The notes under the pieces are model-generated. The model did no database searches. It was given only the letters and a program-made list of their open reading frames with translations, and was not told the DNA's origin. From the NCBI GenBank assembly GCA_963847625.1, contig CAWKAR010000057.1, positions 32,001 to 96,000 on the forward strand: DNA of 64,000 nucleotides. The letters are read 5' to 3'. Of this stretch, positions 41,471 through 51,675 are shown in pieces (the stretch's first letter is position 1; each line of letters begins with the position of its first letter). The stretch is from a candidate division FCPU426 bacterium. Lineage in GTDB: Bacteria > Oederibacteriota > Muellerivitia > Muellerivitales > Muellerivitaceae. The position numbers and the translations under genes are program-made.

Positions 41471-43942
41471 TCAAACGTAGCCTACCCTATTTGACTTCTT
41501 TTTGCCACCCGAATTTCTTTCCGGCGGAGGTCCGGAATTGGAATTAACCGGTGGAGCCGCGGCGCTTTTGGGTTTGGGAACCGTTTCGGAAGGGGTGGAA
41601 ACCTCATTTGATTTCAACTTGATGCGGCTTTCAACATCTTTCAATTTTTTCGCGGCCTCGAAGTTGTCGGGTTCCATCTGTAAAATACGCTTGTAGATCT
41701 TGAAGGCCTCTTCCAGAAGTCCTTGACGAGCGTAGATATCCGCCACGGCAATGGTCATGAACTCGTCCTTACCTTCCTCCACCAGGCTGTCGCTTTTAGA
41801 GGAAGGCTCCCCGTGGAAACTCTTCAGGTTGCCGATGGGTGCATTTTTACGGGCATTTTTCTCCGACTCCTCCCGGTTTCTTCGTTCGGTTTCTTCACGT
41901 CCAATCCGCTGGGCTTCTTCCCGGGCCTTTCGTTGAACCTCTTCACGCGCTTTTTGCTCGATTTCCTCACGCACCCGGTTTTCGGCTTCCACGCGCATTG
42001 TTTTCTGTTCTTCTTCCCGAACTTTTCTTTCGGCATCCTCGCGCATTACTTTCTGTTCTTCTTCCCGAACTTTTCTTTCGGTTTCTTCCTTGGATTTTCT
42101 TTCCATTTCCAGCCGAATCCTGACTTCGGCTTCGACCCTGGCCTTCTGTTCCATTTCCATGTGGAGTCGTTTGGCCTCCTCTTGGGCCTTTTTCTCCATC
42201 TCGACGTGGATTCGTTTATCTTCTTCTTCCTTTACTTTTTTCTCGGCTTCAAGGGCGCCGATGACGTCTTCGCCAGTCTTGACATAAGCGGTATAAGCCT
42301 GATTCAACTTTTCTTTGATACCTGTTTCTTCCGGATGAGCTTCCGCTAACCGCTGGTATATTTCAATCGCCTCTTCCACCATTTCTTGTTTTACGTAGTT
42401 ATCTGCGATCGAAAGTTCCGCCTTCCAATCGTCGGCGGCGTCTAACTCCATCACGGATGGTTTATTCGATGCATGCGGAGGGGGGCTTACCTGCTGCGCC
42501 GGGACTTGTTTAGGCACAACAGGTTGAGCGACATCCGTTTCTTGTTCCAAGTCCAAAACATCCGCTTTTGAAATCTTCGCGGGAGTGTGAGCCGCTGGAG
42601 GGGGTGCCGCGTGTTTTTCCTCGGCCGGCGTGGCTTTAGCCACAACCTCCCCCATCACGCGCTTTTGGGCTTCAGTGTGTGACGGATTCAACTCCAATGT
42701 TTTTTTCAAACAGTCCTCGGCTTGGGCCTTTTTTTCCTGTTTATCATAAGCCATGGCCGCCTTGAAATACGCTTCTGCGGCCCCCTTCTGATCCCCATCC
42801 AGGACCAATAGCGCGCCCAGCTTCACTTCCGGTACAGGATCAGACTCGTTCAAGGAAACTAGGTATCTGGCGAACTCAATGGTTTTCTTCGTATCCTTCT
42901 TCGCCTCATACCGATCCATCAACAGGTTCAGGGTATGGATGGCGTCGCTCTTGGCTCCCTTTTTGAGGGAAAGTTCGACGGATACCTCCAGCGCCATGAG
43001 GTTGTCCTTCTCCTGCTTCAATGCTTTTTGGATGCATTCCGCCGCTTTATCAACCTGGTTTTGCTCCAAATATACTTTGCCCAAATGGGTCAGTGCTCCG
43101 ACATGATTGACCTTGAAGCGAAGCAGGTTTTCAAATTCAACCTTGGCTTCAGAATATTGCTGCTTTTTGAAATAAACCACTCCCAAGATGTAATGGGCTT
43201 CAATGCTTTTAAACTCAACGGCCTTTTGAGAGTATTGAGCCGCCTGTTCCATATCGTTCTGGTTTAAGGCAAGTTCGGCAATGATGAGGAATTCCTTTTT
43301 CGCGTCGCTTTCCGAGCCCTGCTTGATATAAATTTGCGCGAGGTTCGCGCGGGCATCGATGTTATTGGGTTCCAGCTGGACGACTTTCTGAAACATTTCC
43401 TGGGCTTTCTTATAAAGCCGGTTTTTCAGGAAAACCTCGCCCAGGACCAAATATTCCTTCACGGCTTCCTGGAAACGGCCGTTTTTTTCAAAAAGATCCC
43501 CCAGCTTGGAATAAGCCGACAGGTTGTCCGGATCCAACTTGATGACTTCGCTCAAGGCCCCGATGGCTGAATCCATATCGCCATGTTCCATGGCGTTCTC
43601 GGCCCTAAAGGTTTGTTTGATGAGGCTTTGTTTTTTCTGAGCGTCGGAAGGGAGCAGGCTGGGATCAAGGGAAGCTATTTTTTTGTTAACAATGCCGACT
43701 TTCTCAGTTTGGCCGCGCGAAGAAAGGTCCGTGGAAACCCGGTTATACTCCTCAAAAGCCTCGCGGATGGCGCCTTTCTTGACGTATACGTCCCCCAACA
43801 TATTGTGGGCGTTGATATCATCGGGATCCAAAGCTATCAGTTTTTTGTATTCTTCAATAGCCTTGTCCCAACGGCCTTCTTGGAAATAAATATAGGCCAT
43901 TTTAACGATATTTTTTTTATCGCCACTTCCCGGATCTGCCAT
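41471..43942 (-). CDS. Large TPR-repeat protein with charged coiled-coil region
   Basis: Many TPR helices (AIEEYKKLIALDP, AHNMLGDVY), E/K/R-rich coil, terminal TPR. Confidence 0.88.
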   Translation of the reverse strand: MADPGSGDKKNIVKMAYIYFQEGRWDKAIEEYKKLIALDPDDINAHNMLGDVYVKKGAIREAFEEYNRVSTDLSSRGQTEKVGIVNKKIASLDPSLLPSDAQKKQSLIKQTFRAENAMEHGDMDSAIGALSEVIKLDPDNLSAYSKLGDLFEKNGRFQEAVKEYLVLGEVFLKNRLYKKAQEMFQKVVQLEPNNIDARANLAQIYIKQGSESDAKKEFLIIAELALNQNDMEQAAQYSQKAVEFKSIEAHYILGVVYFKKQQYSEAKVEFENLLRFKVNHVGALTHLGKVYLEQNQVDKAAECIQKALKQEKDNLMALEVSVELSLKKGAKSDAIHTLNLLMDRYEAKKDTKKTIEFARYLVSLNESDPVPEVKLGALLVLDGDQKGAAEAYFKAAMAYDKQEKKAQAEDCLKKTLELNPSHTEAQKRVMGEVVAKATPAEEKHAAPPPAAHTPAKISKADVLDLEQETDVAQPVVPKQVPAQQVSPPPHASNKPSVMELDAADDWKAELSIADNYVKQEMVEEAIEIYQRLAEAHPEETGIKEKLNQAYTAYVKTGEDVIGALEAEKKVKEEEDKRIHVEMEKKAQEEAKRLHMEMEQKARVEAEVRIRLEMERKSKEETERKVREEEQKVMREDAERKVREEEQKTMRVEAENRVREEIEQKAREEVQRKAREEAQRIGREETERRNREESEKNARKNAPIGNLKSFHGEPSSKSDSLVEEGKDEFMTIAVADIYARQGLLEEAFKIYKRILQMEPDNFEAAKKLKDVESRIKLKSNEVSTPSETVPKPKSAAAPPVNSNSGPPPERNSGGKKKSNRVGYV

Positions 43943-44039
43943 AAAACCCCTGACTTTTTATCCTGCGGTAAAACATCCGGAAACCCAAACCCTTGCGGGA
44001 TAGGGGTTTTTCGATGGATACCGCCAATCTTCCTTTTTT

Positions 44040-44068
44040 ACTATAACATTGCCCTATGCAAATCGCAA
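44040..44068 (-). promoter_or_regulatory. Sigma70 promoter
   Basis: TTGCGA-N17-TATAGT with TG extension, upstream of the TPR gene. Confidence 0.55.
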
Positions 44069-44294
44069 TGAAATGGGGCCTTTTACATGACTTTTCACCC
44101 CGACAAGAGGTTTTAAGACGTTTAACTTATCAATGGCTTTTGCCAGAGCATATCCTTGATGGGATGATTGGAGAAGGCATCCGGGGCTTTTCCGAAGGAT
44201 GGTTTGAAAGGTATCGTATTTTTAATCAACCGATTATTTAAGGGGTAATTTATGAATGGCAGCCCAAACTAAAGACATTTTCTGAAAAAAATAA

Positions 44295-46115
44295 TTAATG
44301 GGATATTTTGGCTGAAACTTCCCTACTATGTCCAATCCAGGCCCCGTTCTTGTCCAAATTGACCACGATAAACAAGTACTCCTGGCCTTTCTCGAACCCT
44401 TTCAGCAAGTTCTTCGGCAATTGGGTGTTCAATTTCCCTACAGACTCGAAAACATGTTCGGGGGATCGCGACACCAAAAGCATCGAACCCGCGGCATGGC
44501 TGTGTTCCCACTCCATCAGGACTTTCCCCTCTTTTTGTGCAGTTGTCGAGACCTGGACTTTCGGATGGGTTTTCAGAATTGCCTCGTCCTTGGACCCGGA
44601 GTTCCAGATATAGGAACCGACGGTTTTTTCGGTTTCATCCTGGGCATTCACGGCAGTGACGATCCACTCCGATCCTTTCCAATCCAATAGATCGTTCACC
44701 CAAAGAACATTCCCTTTTTTTGGCCGGTCGGTCAGCTTTTCCAATCGGCCTTCGGGGGATTTCCGGTAAAGGAGGTATCCTTTGACCGGATATCCCGCAA
44801 TTGGTTCCCAGGACAACCGCAGTCCTACTTCGTCCACCTGGCCCTGGACGGACCCGGAAACCACCTGCTGCATTTTTTCAAGCTCCCCTTGGGAACGGGT
44901 CGCCGATGAAGCCGTTGATGGATTTTCATTGTAAGTCTTCAAGTACGCCGTGTTGGAGGGCATGCTCCTGCCCCCGCCTTTTCCCACCGCAACGACCTCG
45001 GCTTTGTAGAGAACGCCTTCTTTCAAATGCTTCAAGACTACGGGGGAATTGGGGATATTGTCGAAAACCCTGGCCTTGCCATCCTCCAAGAGAACCACGG
45101 TCAAATCATAATGATCCACCGGCCCCTTGGGTCCGATCCAGGAAGCCACTGCGCCTTGGGGACTGGTGCGAAAAGTCAAAAGACGGGGAGGATTGAATTC
45201 CCCGCCGGAAATCCAAGGGCCTTCCCATCGGTACAAACCCGAGACCCGGTTAGTAGCTCCCAATTGGTCGAAGGGCTGGTAGGCGTAATCCACTTCCAAC
45301 CCGTAAAGCTGGAGTCCCGCGCCCGCTGTGAACCCTTCCGAAGTTGTGCCGGCCAGGTATCCTGCCCGCAACGCGCAAAGGTCTTTATACCAATATTCCA
45401 TTCCAAACCCGAAGCGCGGGAGCTGGCTGGAAGCCAGGGCCACGTTGGTTTCACAGGCGATATCCAATGAATGCTCCGAATATTCCAAAGCGCGCCATGC
45501 CGCCCCCAACTTCAGGTTGGAGGGAAGGGATTCCCCGCTGGAAAAATCGATGGAAGGACCCATGTTCAGTAAACTTCCGGCGAATGAGAGGCGGGTCAAG
45601 GGTCTCAAACGAATTCCCAAGTCCGCCGCCCAAGTTTTCCCGCTCACGGTGCCAACATTCCGGTAAATGTATTTCAACGCCGCGCCCGCCTGGAAGATGC
45701 CCCAAGCATCTCCCCACCCCGCCGTCAGAGCGCCTTCCGAGTCCGTGCCCGGGGCCGCCAATGAGTTCACGGTGCTGTTGAAAGGCTGCACACCCAGACC
45801 TAAATAACTCAGCCCCAGGGTGCCGCCGGGGCCCAAGGGAATCCCTGCCGCCATGAAATCATAGGCGATGTCGGAAAAGAACTGGTAATGGCTGAAGGCG
45901 ATCTGGGGCAGGCGGAGATTGCCCAAACCGGCTGGGTTGACCGCCAGGGAATTGATATCGTCCGACAAGGCGCTAAAAGCCTGGCCCATGGCGGCGGGTC
46001 TCGCGCCGGTGGTGACATTCAGAAAATCCGCGCCGGTGGAAAGTCCGCTTCCAGCAACTGGAAACACCGGAACTGAAAAAATTCCAAGCATGAAAAATAG
46101 GGTCGATTTTTTCAT
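44295..46115 (-). CDS. PorV/UPF0164-like outer-membrane beta-barrel with C-terminal FN3-like domains
   Basis: ADFL...GARPAAMGQAF.ALSDD......NPAGL plug motif, GMEYW...ALRAGY, GFTAGAG, VDYAY.P...LG; FN3-like W...Y...L..G..Y...V.AV pattern. Confidence 0.82.
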   Translation of the reverse strand: MKKSTLFFMLGIFSVPVFPVAGSGLSTGADFLNVTTGARPAAMGQAFSALSDDINSLAVNPAGLGNLRLPQIAFSHYQFFSDIAYDFMAAGIPLGPGGTLGLSYLGLGVQPFNSTVNSLAAPGTDSEGALTAGWGDAWGIFQAGAALKYIYRNVGTVSGKTWAADLGIRLRPLTRLSFAGSLLNMGPSIDFSSGESLPSNLKLGAAWRALEYSEHSLDIACETNVALASSQLPRFGFGMEYWYKDLCALRAGYLAGTTSEGFTAGAGLQLYGLEVDYAYQPFDQLGATNRVSGLYRWEGPWISGGEFNPPRLLTFRTSPQGAVASWIGPKGPVDHYDLTVVLLEDGKARVFDNIPNSPVVLKHLKEGVLYKAEVVAVGKGGGRSMPSNTAYLKTYNENPSTASSATRSQGELEKMQQVVSGSVQGQVDEVGLRLSWEPIAGYPVKGYLLYRKSPEGRLEKLTDRPKKGNVLWVNDLLDWKGSEWIVTAVNAQDETEKTVGSYIWNSGSKDEAILKTHPKVQVSTTAQKEGKVLMEWEHSHAAGSMLLVSRSPEHVFESVGKLNTQLPKNLLKGFEKGQEYLFIVVNLDKNGAWIGHSREVSAKISH

Positions 46116-48661
46116 CGTTTAATCACCAAAACCTTTTTGACCTGTGTTGTTGAATTCGCCTCGTACACCACCAAATAGAGGCCCGTTGAAAGAGGCTGGC
46201 CCAGATCGTCGGTTCCATCCCAATGGAGGGTGTAATAACCCGGGGTCTGGTTGGCATTCGCCAACCCGCGCATTTTTTGTCCGATATCGTTGAAAACATC
46301 CAATTGGACTCGTCCACCTTGAACAACTTCGTAATGGATGTCCAAAGGAGGGCCCGATTGGGAATTCATTTGATTGGCGCTTAAAAAGAAGGAACCGCCG
46401 GGTGTTGCCGTGGGGGTGCTGGTATATCCCCACAGGTTGGTGGGAGTGGAAGTCGGCGTCGGGGTGGGTGTTTTCGAAGATGTCGCGGTCATGGTGTTGC
46501 TGGGTGTTGATGTCAGAGTGGGCGTTGCGGTAAGAGTCCGTGTCGGCGTCAAAGTGGCTGTCGAACTGGGCGTCCGAGTCAAAGTCGGGGTGATAGTCGG
46601 TGTCAGGGTGATCGTCGGCGTGTTCGTTTTCGTCGGGGTATTGGTGGGTGTCCAGGTTGGAACCCCTGTCGGCCAGGGCGTTGGACTGTTGGTGTTGGTG
46701 GGAGTGTCCGTGGATGTCAAGGTCGGGGTGGCTGTCGAACTGGGTGTCAGAGTCCAAGTCGGGGTGATAGTCGGTGTCAGGGTGATCGTCGGCGTGTTCG
46801 TTTCCGTCGGTGTATCGGTAACGGTCGGGGTATTGGTGAGTGTCCATGTTGGAACCCCTGTCGGCCAGGGCGTTGGACTATTGGTGTTGGTGGGAGTGTC
46901 CGTGGATGTCAAGGTCGGGGTGGCTGTCGAACTGGGTGTCAGAGTCCAAGTCGGGGTGACAGTCGATGTCAGGGTGATCGTCGGTGTGTTCGTTTCCGTC
47001 GGTGTATCGGTAACGGTCGGGGTATTGGTGGGTGTCCATGTTGGAACCCCTGTCGGCCAGGGCGTTGGACTATTGGTGTTGGTGGGAGTGTCCGTGGATG
47101 TCAAGGTCGGGGTGGCTGTCGAACTGGGTGTCAGAGTCCAAGTCGGGGTGATAGTCGGTGTCAGGGTGATTGTCGGTGTGTTCGTTTCCGTCGGTGTATC
47201 GGTAACGGTCGGGGTATTGGTGGGTGTCCATGTTGGAACCCCTGTCGGCCAGGGCGTTGGACTATTGGTGTTGGTGGGAGTGTCCGTGTTCGTGGACGTT
47301 ACTGTAGGTGTATTGCTGGGTATGGCAGTGGGAGTAATGGAAAAAGTTGAGGTAAAAGTATAGGTCGGGGTAAAAGAAAAAGTGCTAGTCGAAGTGTTGC
47401 TTGGCGCAGGCGTATAGGTATTGGTGCCCGGCGGAAGGGTAGGCGTATAGGTATAGGTGGGAGTGTAAGTATAGGTCGCGGTGTTAGTGTAGGTGTTTGT
47501 ATAGGTCAGCGTTGGGGTATCCGTCGGAACGGGTAGAGGGGTGTTTGTGCCAGGAGGAAAAGTGGGCGTGGGAGTATCGCTGTAAGTGTTCGTATAGGTG
47601 AAGGTGGAGGTGTAAGTTAAAGTGGATGTAAATACGTAGGTCGGGGTGTAAGTGAAAGTTGAAGTCGGGGTTGCGGTAGAAACAGGGGTATAGGTATTGG
47701 TACCCGGAGGAAGTGTGGGCGTTAAAGAATAGGTGGGTGTGGGGGAATACGAAGGCGTATAGGAAAAAGTTGGTGTACTTGTGTAGGTCGGTGTCGGAGA
47801 GTAGGTAGGGGTATAGGATCGCACAAAAACCGGAGGGCAGGAGAGTTGCCTGAAATAATGCGCCGCGTAAGATTGTCCACAGCCGGCCGTCATTCCATAA
47901 TAAACGATAGGATTCTCTCCAAAAATGATGTTAGCGATGTCCTTCGTGTAAGTAATCTTCAAGACACCGTTAAAATAAATAGTCAATGTGGTGGTCGCCG
48001 CGGTCCAAACCACGCGCAATGTTTGGGGCGCGCCGGTCTCGGGAATATTTCCGGCAGCCATGGCCCTAACAGCAGCAGCTCCCGCGTGGGATACCAAACC
48101 GTTTTCATCCACCGCTAAATGGTCGTAATTTGGATCGGTTACGGTGCCGCATCCCGTACTGCTGGATGTATTTTGGTAGGTATCCATTTCAACGCCTACG
48201 CTGGGGGAAATGCCGCCGTAACCCATGCAATATCCATAGTTGACCCCGGTCGTGCCCGTTCCCTGGGGACTATTCTGGAGCGCGAAAACCATCCCGTCCG
48301 CGGGGTTTCCTCCGCCCGCATGCAGGAAATGAACCTCAAACGACATGTCGAAATTATTCTGCAAACTGAGCATCCCAGAATTCCAAGCAGCGCCTCCTTG
48401 ACCCGCAGTATCAGCCGTCAAAGTGACCATTTGTGAACTGGCATCTATGGTTGCATTTCCGGCAAGATTCCAGCCAATGGATGAGACACAGGGCAGCAAG
48501 GTCGGGGTGGGAGTTTGGGCATAGCCCGGTTGGGCTGTGACAACGAATATAAAACTTGACGCAGCGATTAATGAAATCGTTGAAAAATATTTCTTCACGA
48601 AGCCAGAATGCGGTTCAATGATTCTTATTTGATTGTTATCGTTTGGTTCCACTTTTTTCAC
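46112..48661 (-). CDS. Secreted L-type (legume) lectin-like protein with Thr/Pro stalk and FlgD-Ig/T9SS-CTD-like C-terminus
   Basis: GNAT, LT....[29 protein letters not shown]-terminus [10 protein letters not shown]...WDGTDD.G....TGLY...KKVLVIKR. Confidence 0.85.
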   Translation of the reverse strand: MKKVEPNDNNQIRIIEPHSGFVKKYFSTISLIAASSFIFVVTAQPGYAQTPTPTLLPCVSSIGWNLAGNATIDASSQMVTLTADTAGQGGAAWNSGMLSLQNNFDMSFEVHFLHAGGGNPADGMVFALQNSPQGTGTTGVNYGYCMGYGGISPSVGVEMDTYQNTSSSTGCGTVTDPNYDHLAVDENGLVSHAGAAAVRAMAAGNIPETGAPQTLRVVWTAATTTLTIYFNGVLKITYTKDIANIIFGENPIVYYGMTAGCGQSYAAHYFRQLSCPPVFVRSYTPTYSPTPTYTSTPTFSYTPSYSPTPTYSLTPTLPPGTNTYTPVSTATPTSTFTYTPTYVFTSTLTYTSTFTYTNTYSDTPTPTFPPGTNTPLPVPTDTPTLTYTNTYTNTATYTYTPTYTYTPTLPPGTNTYTPAPSNTSTSTFSFTPTYTFTSTFSITPTAIPSNTPTVTSTNTDTPTNTNSPTPWPTGVPTWTPTNTPTVTDTPTETNTPTITLTPTITPTWTLTPSSTATPTLTSTDTPTNTNSPTPWPTGVPTWTPTNTPTVTDTPTETNTPTITLTSTVTPTWTLTPSSTATPTLTSTDTPTNTNSPTPWPTGVPTWTLTNTPTVTDTPTETNTPTITLTPTITPTWTLTPSSTATPTLTSTDTPTNTNSPTPWPTGVPTWTPTNTPTKTNTPTITLTPTITPTLTRTPSSTATLTPTRTLTATPTLTSTPSNTMTATSSKTPTPTPTSTPTNLWGYTSTPTATPGGSFFLSANQMNSQSGPPLDIHYEVVQGGRVQLDVFNDIGQKMRGLANANQTPGYYTLHWDGTDDLGQPLSTGLYLVVYEANSTTQVKKVLVIKR
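46560..47286. repeat. 192-bp (64-codon) near-identical tandem repeat, ~3.5 copies, inside the lectin gene
   Basis: CCTGTCGGCCAGGGCGTTGGACT recurs at ~46665, 46857, 47049, 47241. Confidence 0.9.
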
Positions 48662-49244
48662 CTAATAATTCCTCGAAGCGGAAAACGGTTACCTGAAAAA
48701 ACTAAAAAAAAAATTTCCTTTTCTTTTACTAGCTAAATAGTTTTATTGCTTGTTTAAAAAGGGTTTTAAACAACTTAAAATTACACTGAGAACTTTAAAT
48801 GACAATATAATTATAGCACAAATAGACGTAATTTCACGTTAAAACGAGCTAATTTAAAAACGTTTTTCCACATAAATTCCATCGTTTTTCGATTTAAGCA
48901 TTGTAGGACAAAACCTAACAAACCTGGATTTTGCCTTAATTGAGAAGCAGTTTTTGGTAAAGAAGAGATCGATCCAGATGCGTCAACGGAATATTCCAAC
49001 CATCAAGTCGAGAACGGGTATTCGACTATGTAAGCAACCAAAAGATGATCAATTTTCTTGGGCTCATTTGATATCGGCTGCACCTGAACCACTACTGAAC
49101 ATTACCGCAAAAAAAATCTGTCAATATGTAGGGAAATCCCTGTCTGAGGATCTTTAAAATCAAAACATAATAACTATTCAAAAAAATCCAATCCCCCTCG
49201 TTATGATAAAATTGTTAATCAAGGCTATTTTGAAAGGCCAGTAC

Positions 49245-49997
49245 GTGAGAAAACTTCTACTAACCATATTATGTATTGGTTTGATCGCCTCAAGCCTGAA
49301 TTGTAGAAAAGATTTTCATACGTCTCCCATCCCCCCCACTCCAACGGTCACCCCTTCTCCAACGACCACCCCTTCTATTCTTCCCACCCCCATGGGGGTC
49401 TTAGGTGGCCCCTCGACACAATCCTCAACACTGGGATATCCGCAGGTCTATTGGGCGGTTGACAAAAGCCCCTACGTCACCGGCTACAGCATTTATTACA
49501 GCACTGACGCGAGCATCTATAACCTTGGAACTACAACGGGTGTCGTTGGAACATACCTCATCGCCACCGATAATACCGCCCCCCCTTTTGACAGGTATTT
49601 TTACGTGATCAGCACCGGGACGTTGCCAAACAGCCCCACTTCCCGGATCGTACACGCAGTGAGTACCGTTGCCACGGCTTCCAATACCCTGACTCTCTCT
49701 ATCACGAGCAGTACTACTCCCACTTTATCCATCACTGGGGGGGTGGTTGCCGGAGCCGTCCTGAGGGTTTGGACGGTGCAGGACAATTCTTCACCCCCCA
49801 AAGTTTATTGGAAATGGGGTGAGGAAGCGGCCTCTTTGGTCAGTGTGTCTTACGGGTTTTCCGGTTATGGGGTGACTTACGCCCCGGCCCTGACGACTTA
49901 TTTGGCGGCCCACAGTCACTACAATTTAATCGTGGAATCCTACAATGCCGACTATTGGTGTATCGATCAATCCATCCAGGCTTTCACCACGCCCTAA
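49245..49997 (+). CDS. Putative lipoprotein with Pro/Thr linker
   Basis: GTG start, signal ending SLNC, PT linker, beta-sandwich-like remainder. Confidence 0.7.
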   Translation: MRKLLLTILCIGLIASSLNCRKDFHTSPIPPTPTVTPSPTTTPSILPTPMGVLGGPSTQSSTLGYPQVYWAVDKSPYVTGYSIYYSTDASIYNLGTTTGVVGTYLIATDNTAPPFDRYFYVISTGTLPNSPTSRIVHAVSTVATASNTLTLSITSSTTPTLSITGGVVAGAVLRVWTVQDNSSPPKVYWKWGEEAASLVSVSYGFSGYGVTYAPALTTYLAAHSHYNLIVESYNADYWCIDQSIQAFTTP

Positions 49998-50123
49998 ACG
50001 ACAAAGGGACCAGGTTTATCCTGATCCCTTGATCTGCCGGTATCACAAAATTGATGAAGCTAAACTGTTGCTATAAACCCCTTTTGCCATTCCCTGTCTG
50101 TGGCAGTTCTCAAAACCTCCGTA

Positions 50124-51389
50124 TCAACTCTTTGCCTGTCCTTCTGGTATCCCGTCCGCACCAAAAGTTTCGAAACTTCCGTCGTCTAGGATCAGGAGTA
50201 CTCTCATGGTTCCCCGGCCGTTGCTGAACTTCACGTCGGTGACGTGCGAATCCAGGTAGATCGGTTTGGAATCCTTTTTGTCCTGTTCATACAGGAAAGC
50301 GTCACCGCCGCTGAGCACCTTGACCATGAGGGCGCCGTCGGGGCTGTGGAAGGCCACAGTCCCGTCCGACTCCTGCTCGCCGACGCTGTTGCTTCCCTCG
50401 GATTGGTCCGATTGGTTGGCTTGGTTGTTATTTTGGTAGTTGTAATTGTTGGAACCGTCGGCGGATGAGTAATTTCCATCGCGGTAAACATAAACCACCG
50501 TGGTCGCGGGGTTCTGCCAGCACCAACCATTGTCCCACCAATAGCACCAGCGGCCCCAAGAAGGTTCGTACCACCACCAGTTGTCCCAATAATATTGGGT
50601 CCAAAAGAACGAGTTCCCGCAGTACCAGCCGTACCAATTGCCGCCCCATCCGTCCCAATAGTGGACGTAGGGGGAACCGCCCCAGGTGTGCCAGTAATAA
50701 TGGTTCTTCTGGGTCTCGAAGTTGTTGAAGGCTTTCACCTTGCCGAAGAAAGCCTTGCTTTGGGTGATGGACGCCATATGGGTCCTCACTGCGGAAGATC
50801 CCATGAGTTTGGGGGATACGAGCGAACCGGGAAGAGTTTTACCCTGGGGCCCCCGAGACGGAAGGCCCGAGACGGGATGTTGCAAGTTCCGGGGCAGGAT
50901 TTTTTCACCGGCTGAAGACCTTGCGTTCGAGAAACGTTTCGTTGAAAAAGCATTTGAACCGGATGAGTTGCTAAATCGGCGATAGCTGTTCCCGTTGTTG
51001 GAGTTGGCTGAAGTGTTGGAATGATTGAAATGGTGAGGTGTATAGTTCCCGTTTGATCCGAAGCGGCTCGTCCCGGTATTACGGGTACGGTTCCAAGAAT
51101 TTCCGTTGGAACGCAGAGAATTTCCGAAAGATCGTTGGGAATTCCCATAAGATCTTTTTCCCCCTGCCCGTACGCGCACCGTACCGGCGGATTCCTTGAC
51201 GGTAGTTTTTGTGTCAGGAGCCGCAACCGTTGTAGTGGAGCTTCCGCTGTTCGCGCCGGCATTGCCGTTCCCGCGGTCCCCACCGCCCCCTCCGCCCGAA
51301 AATCCGCCACCGCCCCCTTCATGCAAGGCCAGGGCCGCGGAACCTGGAAACAGGAGAGTCATGGTGAGGATGAGAATGGTCTTTTTCAT
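50124..51389 (-). CDS. Secreted protein with Gly/Ser/Asn-rich disordered region and Trp/Tyr-rich domain
   Basis: Signal ending ALA; HYYWHTWGG...WYGWY...YYWDNWWWY...WCYWWDNGWCW. Confidence 0.8.
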   Translation of the reverse strand: MKKTILILTMTLLFPGSAALALHEGGGGGFSGGGGGGDRGNGNAGANSGSSTTTVAAPDTKTTVKESAGTVRVRAGGKRSYGNSQRSFGNSLRSNGNSWNRTRNTGTSRFGSNGNYTPHHFNHSNTSANSNNGNSYRRFSNSSGSNAFSTKRFSNARSSAGEKILPRNLQHPVSGLPSRGPQGKTLPGSLVSPKLMGSSAVRTHMASITQSKAFFGKVKAFNNFETQKNHYYWHTWGGSPYVHYWDGWGGNWYGWYCGNSFFWTQYYWDNWWWYEPSWGRWCYWWDNGWCWQNPATTVVYVYRDGNYSSADGSNNYNYQNNNQANQSDQSEGSNSVGEQESDGTVAFHSPDGALMVKVLSGGDAFLYEQDKKDSKPIYLDSHVTDVKFSNGRGTMRVLLILDDGSFETFGADGIPEGQAKS

Positions 51390-51434
51390 GGGGCACCTCT
51401 TTAAAGGCAGATAAAGCTTGAATCCTTACAGTAT

Positions 51435-51464
51435 TTAGACGTTTCTAACTTCTAAAAAGGTTAC
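51435..51464 (-). promoter_or_regulatory. ECF sigma-type promoter (GTAAC-N18-CGTCTAA)
   Basis: Motif ~45 nt upstream of the 51389 start. Confidence 0.55.
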
Positions 51465-51593
51465 CACCCACCCTATGTATAATGAAAGCCCTTAATCGAC
51501 GTCGCTCCCCCATGGCCCTCATTTTGTGAAGCGGTAGAGCAGCCCCCGGTATGTTATCGGAATTCCAGGTTTTTCCTAGGTTTAACCTGAAAT

Positions 51594-51628
51594 AAAAAAA
51601 GGGCGGGGATTCAGCGGCCCCCGCCCTT
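51594..51628 (-). terminator. Intrinsic terminator
   Basis: GGGCGGGG/CCCCGCCC stem with T-tract on the minus strand. Confidence 0.7.
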
Positions 51629-51675
51629 GAAACGCTTCGGAATAAATCCCCCGAAGCTGAGATTTGTTTTTTTAC

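Noticed and set aside
1268..47363. Val/Gly-rich ORFs on the + strand (1268, 2366, 8335, 8830, 46374)
   Set aside because: Antisense shadows of Thr/Pro codon repeats
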